DNA from: Phoronis australis | Taxonomy: Eukaryota; Animalia; Phoronida | Length of the DNA: 63,659 bases | Assembly (NCBI GenBank): GCA_002633005.1 | Contig: NMRA01000031.1 | Location: 396,888-460,546, forward strand | Direction of reading: 5' to 3' | Shown: positions 1 through 12,509 of the stretch, one piece after another | How the letters are laid out: every line of letters begins with the position of its first letter | Position numbering within the stretch: position 1 is the stretch's first letter | The notes under the pieces: model-generated | Database searches by the model: none | Told to the model about the DNA's origin: nothing | The model's input: the letters and a program-made list of their open reading frames with translations, nothing else | Made by a program: the position numbers and the translations under genes

Positions 1-870
1 CTGCTACCAATAGTCATAACCTTGGTTTATCAACAGTTTGTTCTCTACAAGCCAAGCATAAACACGATTAATTTCGTCTGCTAAAATCTCCTTGACTTCG
101 TTTATTGATTTGGCGGCAAGGACGAGGGCTGTGTCGTCTGCATACAAACTAATTCCACATTGTTCCACTGACGTAGATAAATCACTTACATACACACGTA
201 ATAACAACAGGCCCAGTATCGACCCCTGGGGGACACCACAGGTCACATCAAGTGGTATGTGACTGTTGATTCTGATTACAATTACTGAACCAGTCGAGTT
301 CGGCGTCGCACACACCACAGTTAGAAAGTTTGAACAGTAATCTATTTGGTCAACTCTATCGAATGCTTTCTTTAGGTCGAGAAAGATTGCACCAGTAACT
401 TTACCATTGTCCATGTTGTCAAGTAAATAGTAAGTTATGTCAAGAAGGGAAGTAGCTGTAGACTAGTGCGCGGGGCGAAACCCTGACTTCAACAAATAAA
501 AGATTGTTTAACTTTAAACAAGAGTACAGTAATGAGTGTACACCTCTTTCTAAAATTTCCATAACTGTACATATACATACAGGGATCACTGAGATTGGAC
601 GATAATTGTTTACAATGAAGATTTTTATCGCCTTCCTTAAAAATTGGTGTCACCGGCTTTGGCCTTCTTTGGACTGAGTTTCCAACGATTTGTTGAAAAT
701 AAATGTGAGGCGATTTAGAGATCAACGGTCCCGCGAGTTTCAGTAATCTAGAAGGTATCTCATTCTTGCCAATCTACTTGTTCACGTTAAGTTTAGTAAG
801 TTGTGTTAAGGTGAAATTCTCAGTGATTTCACAAAGATTAAACCCTTGAAGGGTAACAGATTGAAATAAT
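1..870 (-). mobile_element. Decayed non-LTR retrotransposon (LINE, CR1/L2-group-like) reverse transcriptase fragment
   Basis: Frameshifted minus-strand translation shows RT motifs in the expected order: PIFKEGDK, NYRPISVIP, SGFRPAH, GAIFLDLKKAFD, GVPQGSILG, LYADDT, WLVENKL. Multiple stops/frameshifts; runs off the window edge. Confidence 0.92.
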
Positions 871-1601
871 TTGGCTGATGCACATCAGGAAATGCCAACT
901 CCGATCTCTGAGGTTGCGTCGCGCATGCGTGAGAGTTGTTTGCATTCGTTTGTTCCCGTGCGTGTACTTGCTATGCAATTTACTGTCATTAAAACTTTTC
1001 ACAACTCCGCCGTTTTACACCCGCATTGCATAAGAGCCATATCATTAGAAAGACCTTTGTCAGTTCTTAATGATTATAACAAAATCAAAATACATTAGTA
1101 CTTGAGGTGACTGAGCGACATAACTTACATCAACTTCAGTAGAGCCAAAAGACGTTGACAATTTGGGGTCAATGTTTACACTTGTTGAGTGGCCTAATCT
1201 TCGTTGCTAAGTTACTCAACCTCATTTTTATCACCAATGATGAGCAATAATGGCTTAGGGTGTCTAGTCTAGTCTATAGGCATTATAGCCTATCTTACAG
1301 TTTAGGGAACAACTGCACTACGAGGCTACGCCATCTCTTCCGCGGGCCACTAAAGAGCTAGATGTTGTTTACCAGACTAATGCTAATAGAGGTTGAATGC
1401 GACACAAGAGGCATGCATGGCTGCACATGAACGGTTCAGCACGGTTGGTTTGTAAGCTGGAAGTCGCCATCCAGTTATATCTACACGGATAACCCGGCCG
1501 GATGAACCGCAGCCCATATGGCAAGACATACACGAACAACCCACGTAGGCGTGGAAGTGAAGAGCAATCGAGTAACCATTAATAAAACTTCTCTATTTCA
1601 G

Positions 1602-1691
1602 GAGAAGGCGAAAGCTGTTTGATGGACAAGATCGACGCTGAATGTGGAAACAAATTGCATTGCAATCCACTCACTTTCAAGTGTGAACGCC
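1602..1691 (+). CDS. Thyropin-like gene exon (EGESC...ECG..LHC..KC Cys-rich module)
   Basis: Acceptor ttctctatttcag; donor C|gtgggt; phase 1-1; four Cys in 29 codons. Confidence 0.7.
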
Positions 1692-4600
1692 GTGGGTAGA
1701 CTTTTGTAATTTCTGGTTATTTTTATTGATCGGAGCCTGGGGAGCGCTTACTGCTTCACAGAATATCAGGGTACCTAAACTACACGACTCACGGACCTGC
1801 AAACAGCGTCCACTGACTCACAAACACGGGGAACGTACTCACAAAACACGATCCACGCACCCAAATAATGACGGGACACGGACTCATATTCACGAGGAAA
1901 CACGGTTACCGCCAAACACGAGTCACGGACTCATCGCGGCTTCCTGGGTCAGTTGACATCTCCATATTTTGCCCGTAAATCGTGTTTGGCGGTCCGTTAA
2001 CCGTATTTCCTCGGGAATACGAGTCCGTGTCCCGTGTATTTGGATGCGTGGATCGTGTTTTATGAGTCCGTTCCCGTGTTTGTGAGCCAGTGGACGGTGT
2101 TTGCAGGTCCGTGAGTCGTGTCCATGCGTCCGTAGGCCGTGTTTATGAGTCCGTTAACCGTGTAGGCACCTTGAATATAGAATATTTGCTATTCTGGTCG
2201 TGTAACACCATTCCTGGAGACAATTAAACAGTCGCCAGGTGTTCATCGAAGCGTCAACGACCAATCGGACAAGGACTGAAGTGTGGTCATGTGACCGTGA
2301 ACGTTTGTCAACGGTTAGCAGACACTTCTTTGTATTATGGTACCGGCACAGGTGCATTTCGAGGCAAAATGGATAACAGATGTCAATGGGCATTGTGCAA
2401 ATGAGGGAGTAAATATTCTTGGGCAATAGAGTTCGTTCCATTTCCAAATCCGATCAACCCCAAGAAATATTGGTTTACACGAGTGTGCCGACTACTCGCT
2501 GGCGTTGAACGTGAAGATTGTCGATGGAATCTAAGCTACATATACCAGCTTAATGCTTACTTAAAAATAAGCAAATCTGTAGCAAAGACAACTTGTTTAT
2601 GTATTTTAGTTGCACGTAGAATAGCATAGGATAGGCAATACACCCCGGCCGTACAGTGCCACCGTCCGAATTGAGCCAGTGTGTATCCCGACCGCTTACC
2701 TCGCTTGAGACAAAAGTTTACGAGGCTGTGCACATCCTTAGGCCTACCTCATTTCTTATAGGGGAATTTCCCCTTTTACTTTTGCGTTTTAACCAAGCAG
2801 AAAGTTCAATTCTGGCCCAATTCCAGTTAACATATTTGTGACGTACCGGTAGTACAAGGAGTTTATTCACAGTAAGAGCCGGGTGGCTCTTTTGAAACTG
2901 TCCGATTTCAAGTTCATCGCCAACTGTTCGCGAATGTTACCACATATTTTACGTAAAAAATAAGCTAAAACCAACACATGTAAAGTTCTTCGATTTTACA
3001 ATAATCATCCAAGACGTCAGGAATTTGTTGCAGTAAGTTCTTTTGATTATAGATTAGTTTTTGACGAAACTTTTCACGGAAATCCGATACTTCTGTCCCC
3101 GACGTTTGTCCCGTGACCGAAAGTCCCCACCCACTTGCAACGAAACACTACAATTACTGAAGGCTTATTCTGTCAATGCAAAACGTAAGTTTGACGATTC
3201 AGTGGCTACTGAGTCCGTCCCGCCTGAACTCCTATAAACCATGAAATTACTAATCGATCTCGGTTTTTAAATCAAATCGAAAGTGATTTACGTGCCTGAA
3301 AAGGTAATAATTCGTTATTGCTTGACGTCAAACTATGCTCATAAAAGGACCCGCCTTGACAAGTCAAATTGTAAAGTCTGGTCTCGAACAATGCTGAACT
3401 GTCAGTCCTTTCCAACAAGAAACATCGTCGCTAATTTGACTATGCAACCATTGTCAGGGCAATTTAATAACAGTAAGTCGAAAAATAGTATTTGTGACGG
3501 AAGATGGTTCATAACCTCTTTAACAACATGAAGCGCCGGGTTGGAACGCCCTCTACAGAGGGGCACCAAAGGCTCTGTATTGCCACTTTTACATTTGCTG
3601 CAAGTGAGGATTGTGCGTGTCAGGTGTTTGTCTAAGGACAGGCCCTCTTTAGTAACACAATGGTCCAGAATTCAGGGCCTTTTTACATAAGGAATAAAAC
3701 TAAGGAAATGGTCGTGATATAATTATCTTTTTACTATGATTCGTGATAATTTTCCCACTAGGTACGTGTGCGATGGAGGTATCAGAGAAAGTGGTATTAA
3801 TAAAGACCCAGATATCCAGCGGCAAGCCATATCCCCGTGGCGTGCACATACCAAGCTGTGACAAGGACGGGTCTTACAGTATGAAGCAGTGCATAGGATC
3901 TAGGTGATATCGTTTTATATCTGAAGCAGACGGTCTTCGCCTGCAGTCCTGTCAATCTTCAGTAAGGTTAAATACCCACAACATGCTTCAGCCCTTTATT
4001 TGAATTCGCTCCAACGATAGTTCTCCAACGGTGATCAGGATTCGGTGTGATTGTCTACTCTTGGTGATCTGTTACAGCAGTAATGCTCGGATTCCTATGC
4101 AGAAGCGGATCCAGGATTTTGAGTTAGGGGCGGGGGGCAGGGCAGAGTATTAGCCAGGATTTTGCCTGTCAGACATTCGCAACCCCGAACAATGAGCCAA
4201 ATGGAATCCGAGAGAATTTTAGGGGGGGGGTTCAACTCAAAACGGTGGCATTGTGCATTATTTATGCTTTCTCTTGTCTCGTTTACTCTATTTACTGATC
4301 AGCCAGTAGAATTGTGTTTAGTCCTGACATTTAAACATTTTTTTTTACATTTTACGCACTTTGCGTCAATTACTGGAAACGACAAATCTGCTTTATTCCT
4401 CACGTGACTTCCAACGCCTACCCAGATGCTTGTGTGTCTCGGCTGAAGGTGACCCAATATTGAACTACAGCGCCGCCAGGTGGGAGGCTGATGACATGGA
4501 TTGCAGTAAGCATTCGCAACATAATTGGTGTTATTTAACATCTTGACTAAGCTGTAGTGACAGTGTTCATACATTTGTGTAGCTTAAATTGTTCACTAAA

Positions 4601-7600
4601 TCAACAATACACTACGAATGTTGAAAACAGGCATTTGTTCATGTGGAGAAATACATTTTAAGGAAACCCCTTTCCAGCTGTTTGCAGTTTAAAACTCCAT
4701 AAATGAATTTATTGCTAATAATCAACATATTCCCAAATAATAATCTTTCAACATAACGTCATTTTTTTCAGAATTCTTGTGAATCATCAACATGGCCACC
4801 GCACTTGAATTACTTTTTATGACCTGCTAGTAAAAACTCAAATATTTACTTATCTCTAACTAACAAAATGTTTCTATTCCAGTACTATCTTTCAATTGAC
4901 AGTACAATCTTTCCTATCTGAATTGTGGAAAAGAAGGAGAATTAAAACAACACTTTTGATTTTCTGATCATTGCGATCTAGAAGATCCCCAGGTCAATTG
5001 CACACATGGTTGTCTTTTCATCTTGAAACTGCAACTTTTCTTCGCGCTTTCAAGTCCTTTTCCGTCTACACCTATCGGTTTTCCAGTCACACAAATATGT
5101 TAATACGCCTGAAAACGGAATCGTTTTTGTATTGCGTTTTCACAAAAGTTTCCGTCCACACGAATACACTAATACAATCATTAAGTCAGAGTTTTCACCC
5201 GTTCTCACGATTACAGTGAATACGGTGTTTTTAAAAAGTTTTCGCCAGTCTACACGAATTCAAGGAAAACGGCGATTTTGGTCCCGTTCACGCCATTGCG
5301 TTTTCATTTGAAAACGCAACTTTTTCTTTACGCATACGTCTTCAGTTACGCGTATCCACTGACAAACAAAAACGGAAATTTTTAAAAATGCTGACGTCAC
5401 GATCGCATTAGCATATAAATGTGGACGAAAATATTTTTGAAAACGCAAAAAGATGCGTTTTCAAAATGAAAAAAAAATAGTCGTGCGGATAGGTCTTTAA
5501 AAACTCCGCGCTTTCAAAAAGTTGCGTATTTGGTTGTTTTTCAGTGGAATGTGTAGACAGAAGTCGTATTCCGTGAAGAAAAAGCTACGCTTTCATTAGA
5601 AAACGAAATCGTCACGAAGAGGACGGCGTCTATGTCACGTTCATTGAAGACAATCAACACGTTTTTAAATCGTTGCAGAATGTGCCCGTGCTCAACATGA
5701 ATACATGAAATCGATGCTGATTGGCAAAATGTTCCGGTGTTCGTCGAATGGAAACTACGAAAAGATACGGGTAGGTCGAGCAACTTTTTGGTTGCAAAGT
5801 GTCCAGCATGAGTTGACGAAATGAATAATTCTTTCACCTGGCAGAACACACATTTCCTTGCTACTATCAGGAAATAAATTGCTGTGAACCTGCCCTCTAC
5901 CACAAAATACTAGCTTTTGATTTCGACAACTTGCAGTTATAAAAAGTAATTATAATTTTTTGCTTGAGTTGATTATGAATTATACCAACCACTGTCTATT
6001 CTAAAGTTACACTTGTTGACCCCTAGATTCGAACAACACACTGGAGTAAAAACTCGAGATTTTGAGTAAAACACGAGATATCGAGCTCAAACTCGAACTT
6101 GATGCTTTAATTCTGGGGTCTTCCAATGCAAAATAGGACTACAGTCATCCACGTGAATCGTAATATACTTGTGCATGGAATAAAAGACCTTGACTTCATA
6201 CCAAAGTAGAAAGGAAAATGTTCGAGTTTGAATAAAAAATTAGATCGCGGCACCAGATGTCACAGTTGTTCACCCAATTCTACACTTTATGCCAGTAGGA
6301 GCTGAACACAAAACTGTAACTTGGTTCCCAGTACTCACTGTCTGACGTCGAGGTCGTGTGAAGCCCTCGACATACGGAATACTATGGCGATGTTTTTTCA
6401 ATGGCTGTCAACTGACATTTTAGCCAGGAAGTTAGTGTTGCGCGTGGTTTGTGATTGAAGTAGGGGGAGCGTTCTTAGACAAAGTTTATAGCGATAAAGC
6501 AAGGTCTCGTGAAAGCCTAGTGTTTAACGAGCATGTTGCACGGGCCGAGTTCCGTGCACTTCACAGAAATTCACAAAAACGCCAAATCACGAAACTCTTC
6601 TCGAGACATCACCAGGCATTAAAGCGAAGCACGCGTTCACCACACTCACGAGTGCGTTGCTTCTACGGAACGCTTCCCTGGTAAGTCGAAGTCATGATGA
6701 TGAACTACCCTGCAACTGGCCAATAAAATCCTTATGAAATCGGAGGGCCCAATGAAATTCGACGAAGGAAATCAACCTGTGACAGAACCCCATATCCAGC
6801 AGTGCTGTAGTGGGACGTAGGCGCACGTAGGCGCAGCCAACCACCTTTTGGCATTTGAATGTAGCGCCTACGCACCGTAAGTTATGTTCAGTGCTCAAGG
6901 TGATACGGTGGCCTTTGGGCGCCTACTTACCTCTAATTTTACCACTACGGCACTGCATATCCAACTATAGAACAGGCCGGAACTAAGTTCCATAGACGCA
7001 AGGACTAAGGCGACCACACTACCACAAGGACTAAGACGACCTTTATCACTGCCGGGCGGCCTGGGTTAATCAAAGCTCTTGTTTTGCACAGTTGTGGCGG
7101 AGACATCACCCGAATGTTCTTTCACTATAGACTCCAAAAATTCAGGTTAAAGTATGTAATTAACAACTAGATTTTTAACAATTTCCACTGGTCTGAATAG
7201 TCCCTGGATTCGCGCCATGAATTCAAGAATCAACATATTGACTTGTGCTCTCAAAATGACGGCACTTAAGTATCCTAGTAGAAAAGGGCACTGGCCAAAT
7301 TTCTGGACTCAGTTTACTCAAAACAAATTCAAGGAACTATTAAATACCATTTATGACAATTACTTCCCATTTAGTCCACAAAATTGCCGTCAAACCCGAC
7401 CCACCCCATCTGAGGGGAGCTACACAGGCTTCGAAGTGGCCTTAGACCCAATAATCTCAACGAATTAAGTTAGTGTGGACAAGTGTTTTGCTTGCGATGC
7501 AGGTTGATATCTTGTGAAGGCTTGCGTGCATGGTCTTGCGTTTTTGGGAGGTTCTCACGTCTACGTAACGCTGCCAGGCTACGTTCCTGGCCGCTATGGA

Positions 7601-8427
7601 GGATGATGGCCGCCTTATGTGCAGGGTTGTCTAACTGAATACTAATTACCGAGCACCGCTGAAAAGAATAGTTTCCGTCGCCGAGCAACTAAGAAAACAT
7701 TAGAGGACAATTTTGTAAGTTGTCTGAATCAAAAATTATTTTTGACAGAAGTTGTACGGGTCCCAAAGCATTTTTTTAATATGGAGTATTTCGCCTCTAT
7801 TTACCTGCCAATGCCACTGAATTCTTAAACGAAGCGCTTTGGGGTTTTAAAATATGTTCGTCCGATCTTGAATTTTTACCAAACGAGGTGACAACTCCAT
7901 GCACTGTGTACGATTTCGCAATTTTAGGTTTGGCCAACCCCAAAGTTTTCTTGAGTCGCTGATGGTTTCGATATTCTAGTTGGTAAAAGAAATGGAATCG
8001 TATTACGTAATGACTGAGAAGTATGAGACCACTTTTATGAGAATACAAGGCCTAAGTCGATTTTCGTTTTGTTGGTGCCCGTGGTGATTCTTTTCGTGTG
8101 CTTTAGGGGATGAGTCGAGGTTTACTCACTTGAGCTTCGGCCAATAACGTTTACTCTACTGAAACTCTATTTGGAAACTGATCAATCGGATCGCGTGCAA
8201 TTTGAAAATGTGCCACTGGATTGGTCAATTTTCAAATCTAGTCTCGAGTAATGTTTGGTCACTGGCCCTGGTTTGGCCGCTCTGAATTCGTAGAAAATTT
8301 CTAATACTATTCTTACTTCATTTTTCAGTGTAGCGGAGATGTATGTTTCTGTGCAGACGAAAAAGGAGACATGATAACTGGCTCAAAGACTGTGGAGTTA
8401 TGGGAAAAGAATTCTCTCACGTGTTGA
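1602..8427 (+). CDS. Spliced gene join(1602-1691,3762-3903,4426-4505,5679-5770,8329-8427): Cys-rich N-terminal module + two thyroglobulin type-1 domains (thyropin-like); 5' end not found
   Basis: Five exons with canonical AG/GT and matching phases (1,2,1,0) give one open frame: (G)EGESCLMDKIDAECGNKLHCNPLTFKCERRTCAMEVSEKVVLIKTQISSGKPYPRGVHIPSCDKDGSYSMKQCIGSRCLCVSAEGDPILNYSAARWEADDMDCKCARAQHEYMKSMLIGKMFRCSSNGNYEKIRCSGDVCFCADEKGDMITGSKTVELWEKNSLTC*. It holds two C-x3-G-x-Y-x3-(Q/R)C...C-x-C-x4-G signatures. AATAAA at 8489-8494. Confidence 0.88.
1774..2166. mobile_element. Foldback MITE with long inverted arms (TA target, Tc1/mariner-type); older copy of the element at 56512-57155
   Basis: 1774-~1920 is the reverse complement of ~1980-2166 (aaacacgggaacg.actcac, gatccacgcacccaaata, gaggaaacacggtta); starts ta|cctaaactacacg like the second copy. 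Confidence 0.88.
2369..2550 (+). pseudogene. Decayed THAP-like zinc-finger fragment, probably a DNA-transposon relic
   Basis: MDNRCQWALCK*GSKY..IEFVPFPNP..KKYW, then (frameshift) HECADYSLALNVKI; fits the THAP pattern M-x2-3-C-x4-C...F-x-x-F-P...W; in-frame stop and frameshift. Confidence 0.5.
3762..3903 (+). CDS. Thyropin-like gene exon (first half of TY domain 1)
   Basis: tttcccactag acceptor, AG|gtgata donor; encodes HIPSCDKDGSYSMKQCIGS. Confidence 0.9.
4426..4505 (+). CDS. Thyropin-like gene exon (second half of TY domain 1)
   Basis: cctacccag acceptor, A|gtaagc donor; encodes CLCVSAEGDPILNY...MDC. Confidence 0.9.
4990..5630. mobile_element. Degenerate non-autonomous DNA transposon with internal direct/inverted gtc(c/t)acac and gaaaacgca subrepeats
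   Basis: ccgtctacac/ccgtccacac/agtctacac at ~5062, 5152, 5247 versus inverted gtgtagac at ~5551 and gtggacg at ~5421; repeated tgcgttttc/gaaaacgca. Boundaries approximate. Confidence 0.55.
5679..5770 (+). CDS. Thyropin-like gene exon (first half of TY domain 2)
   Basis: cgttgcag acceptor, CGG|gtaggt donor; encodes CARAQHEYMKSMLIGKMFRCSSNGNYEKIR. Confidence 0.9.
6800..6955. mobile_element. hAT-like MITE
   Basis: TIRs cagtgctgtagtgg / ccactacggcactg; flanks catatccag / catatccaa (8-9 bp TSD). Confidence 0.85.
8329..8427 (+). CDS. Thyropin-like gene terminal exon (second half of TY domain 2, stop)
   Basis: ttcttacttcatttttcag acceptor; CSGDVCFCADEKG...LTC-TGA; AATAAA ~60 nt downstream. Confidence 0.9.
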   Translation, partial: CSGDVCFCADEKGDMITGSKTVELWEKNSLTC

Positions 8428-9898
8428 AAAGTGTCAACAAATAGTTTGTTTTGGTCTTTGTTTTTATACAAAGGGACATTTTAGGCGAAATAAACATTTT
8501 CCTTCTGAAATGCTCAAAGTCGCCTCGTTCGCAGTCGCAGTTTATCGCCCTGTGGCTGAACTAATCCACGCGTTAAATGGAACATTATTTTAAGCGTATT
8601 TTTAAATACATGCACGCGTAAAATCAAAATGATAATGACATTGGCCTTGATTTCAGCGAATGGTATTTTTCTTGAAAAATTCTCTTCTAAAAATGTCGGT
8701 ATGGAAAAATACGTACTAAAGTCAGCCTTTATGTGTCTGATGTGGAATGATACACTTAGCGGGTCCAAGTGGGTCATACTTTTTGCTATGGGCAAATTCT
8801 GCTATGAAGCCAGTTTTGGTCAATTAACAGAAACGACTTCCTCGTTCAGTTTTCTGAAACAAAATAATTTTCTGTAACCCTCGACAACCCTCAAACGTTT
8901 GGTGGAAAATTGGAAAAATTCTTTCGGGCAAACGTGACTTTCGCTTTAAGCGTATTACACGGCAACTGTGGCAAAAGACCACCCGACAAGGAGCATAATG
9001 TCCAGTGTGTAACATAGGGAGCATGAGTTTTTAGATTGATTCCTGGCTTTAACTTGGAAGATTGACGCCAATAGGTGACAGTGCAAGAATTGGTTAAAAC
9101 ATAAAAGCAGGATTTAGTATCATCTTAAACTTTTGAAGGTGTTTAAAAATGCTTGAACATCCTTCTCAGCAGATCTTCCCAAAGCAAAGAGAAAGTGAGT
9201 GTGGCTAATTTAATACAGTTGATCGCGCTGTCCTTGGCTAACAGATATAATAAACCCTCTGCAACATTACGGCGTTTTAGATAAGTTATAAATTGTTTGA
9301 ACACAAACCAATAAAAATCCTGAATTCCTTGTCAAATGCTGATCGTGTTCAGTTTTTGAATCACCCGCCAAAGTCACCCAACTCCTACCGAAGTTAAGAG
9401 TCTATTCTATCCGAACGCATTGGGTTTGACTGTGTTCATACGCAGTCGGCAACAAGGTGCAACCACTACACTATTCATAACGTTTACACCCATGATACAA
9501 ATACATGATTCTTATATTTGATCCAACGCGATGTTTTTTGTATTATATGCGACTTTAATAAAGATATTACGCCAGGTGTGCTGGGTTTATTTAGTTACAA
9601 GCATTTCCATCATGGTCAAATTGATTACAAAGCTATAGTCACGTGGTTCCTATATGCTACGACTTTCGCGCGCAGTTAGGCTGATTTCTCCAAAACGTGC
9701 TTACGTAGTTAATATTTCCATAAGTGTTCACGCTCACACTAAGAGCGAGGTTGCTGGAGCTCATAAAACCGGATAAAAATATGATTTTTTGTGATGAGAA
9801 ATTTCCAATTTAATTAAAAATTTTACTTATACCGAAAATATAAAAATATGAGTCGTCCGGATTCCTACAATTTGACCTTATTTTTGTGTAAACATTCC

Positions 9899-10247
9899 TT
9901 TAAGACACCTTGATAGGAACTATCCTATGTTCGCAAGACGGCTAGCTTGGTCACTCAGCTTGTGGGTGCCGTCCATTTTGCGTGGGGTCAATTTTGAACT
10001 CAAGGCAAGGTCGCAACCGAACGTTCCGTGGAATATGAAAAGGTAGTTGAAGTTCTCGCAAACTTTTGGAATTAGGATACTGAGTGTTTCAGGATCTATT
10101 AATTTGAGTTTTATTTCACAAATTAAATTTCACAAAAAAATTTAAACTTGGACGTTCAGCACGAAAAAATCAATGATCCAAAAACAAAATGGCCGACTTC
10201 GACCGCCCTACTCATAGGACCAGCCACGACCCAGTGCGAGGCTTTTA
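9899..10247. mobile_element. Possible Kolobok-type (TTAA-flanked) non-autonomous element
   Basis: TTAA at both ends; degenerate inverted blocks cctatg...gtccattttg versus caaaatggcc...catagg. Confidence 0.4.
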
Positions 10248-11941
10248 ATGAAACGGGCCGCTCAGATCGGTTCCTCAGTAATGCGTACTTTCTTGGGCAA
10301 AGTCCAGAATTAGTGATCCTAAGAAGCTGCACAGCAGCGCCAAGCTCCTTACAAAACGAGCGGGTACAGGTAGCGGCTCTTCTTTACTGAACAAACCAGC
10401 TTGAGAGCACATCGACTTCTCGGAGTTACAATGCTTGCTGGAGTCCATTCCCAACTGAAGCTAAATCTTTCATGGAACAAGCCCCAGTGGCAATGACGAC
10501 AAAATGGTCATTGACAAACCGAGAAAACATGACCTCGGCTACCATCATTTATTGTTTTTGTTCTGTTACCCGAGTCGAAATTAGTTCTGCTTGGTTTCAG
10601 TAACCCTTTGAAGCCTTGTAAATGATTGGCTTGCATGTTGTCATACCACCGACAAAAACTGTGTTCGACACTTAACAAAGGAGCAAGACGTCACACGTTC
10701 ACAACTGCTCTATGTCTGAATAAAGACATTGAATGGGAACGCCCTAGTGTAAATTCCATTCATATATTATTTCCAAGATCATTATTCTTGTGGCATTTCC
10801 GGTACTTTTGTTAGCGTTTTTTTATGTCACTATCGGATATGTAGCTTTACTCGAGTACCGGTGTGCAGCCGAGAACCCGAAACACATTTTACTTGTGTTC
10901 GAGCGAAGAATCTGGCTCTTTCTCCACGTCGCCCTTCAAGTGTCCACATGTAGAGACCTTACCGGCCTTGTATCTAAATCAGGCAAATAATATTCACATA
11001 AAGTGTTGCAAATGACACAGATCGACTAAAAATGTATCTGAGCAAATAAAAGAGGAAGTAAGAAAATGTGGACGTATTTTGATAGAAGTAATGCAAGTGA
11101 ATGTCCACATATGTTACCGGTTCCTATCCATCTCCATACGTACGTGTGCAAGGGCAGTATTCATGGCGCAGGATGCCCGAGGGTCCCCCGCGATCGAGAC
11201 ACTTGTCTGGCTGTGTGCTGCTGTAGACGACATCTGCGTTTGGAGAAACACCCTTTTCTAACCATACATAGGCTGTGAAAGGATTAGTCAAGTAGTTTTA
11301 TAAGGGCTATTTTACGAAAGCAACTTGACAGCAAATATGATTAATTTAATGCCAAGACTTAATTAAAGTGGGAAGAGAACTGTTTACACAGGGTCATTGA
11401 ACAGGACCGTATTATCCACTGCCTCTCGAGAACATGTGTGTAGCTTTGATTGCACTAGGCTTGCGCACAGTCAGTCCGTTGGACGAATGATTTGCAAGCT
11501 AACAATGAACGATAAGATGGTTGAACTGTTGAGAGACATCATTACAATTAAAACTGTGGCACGCGATTTATGGATAATTACATATCAGACATCAAATACA
11601 AAGCCAAAAACGCACGGAAAACAATGCTGTTACAGATACAATTAGTTCGACAAAGAATTATTTGTCAACTTTCATTAGAACTATTCGCCGGTTCTTTACA
11701 CTAATATCAAATTTGTGTAACTAGTCCATACAGAAAATTGGTTTCGTATAGCGCGACGCAAACGGCTTGGAACCATTCTGTGTGGACAGACAGGCAGACA
11801 TACCGACAGATATATGGGCGTACGGCATACGTTTACGATTTAAATAAAACACTGCGATTCCATGTGTTTCGCCACATGTGGAAAAATGCTTAGGGTAATT
11901 CTGTGAAGTTGAAAAGTGCATTTTAACCAAAAGCGCTTCAT

Positions 11942-12011
11942 CATGGGCGGCGTACCACTGAAAAAAGTGGGGAGCTATAGTCCCCCAGCCCCCTATGGTG
12001 CGCCGCCCATG
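11942..12011. mobile_element. Minimal 70-bp hAT-like MITE
   Basis: Perfect TIRs catgggcggcg / cgccgcccatg; flanks cttcat / cttat. Confidence 0.7.
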
Positions 12012-12509
12012 CTTATCCCCTGGAAATGGCGCTGTCAATGCAAACGCTTATCGCAAAGTCCCAGACCACGTGAAGATCTTCAGCCGGGAGCGCCTGGCTG
12101 GAACCAGGCAAATTTTGACAATATATGCCTCGAATGTGACAGCGTCCATGCAGTCCTTTACAGAGATTATACCACGTTGAGTAGGTTCTCGCTCTGTTTT
12201 TGTCCCGATTTTATACCGTACTGAGAACTGTGTACGACAGTGCCCCAATCTTTGTGGTATGCTTTCGATTCCAAGAGAGTTGATGTTCCAGTTAAGCTTA
12301 GCAGCAGATTTTCTTCCGGGTAATATCAAAATCTTCTAAATTAATACATTTGCCGCTGGACCTCGTTTTCAACTTGTGTCTTATTCACCCGGATAAGGAT
12401 TTATGTGCTCGGGAACTGGCAAATTACTGTGTTGCTAGAGGTACATTCAGAAATTTGAGTTAGTGAGGAACAAGGTCACTGACCTGGCCAATGGGTTGAC
12501 GACATGTGA

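Noticed and set aside
3528-3603. ATG exon MKRRVGTPSTEGHQRLCIATFTFAA|gtgagg as first exon of the thyropin-like gene
   Set aside because: Phase-compatible with 3762 but not a convincing signal peptide; the Cys-rich exon at 1602 fits better. It cannot be fully excluded as an alternative start.
10250-12330. Several short ORFs with protein-like composition
   Set aside because: They could not be joined into a phase-consistent gene or matched to a known family by eye.
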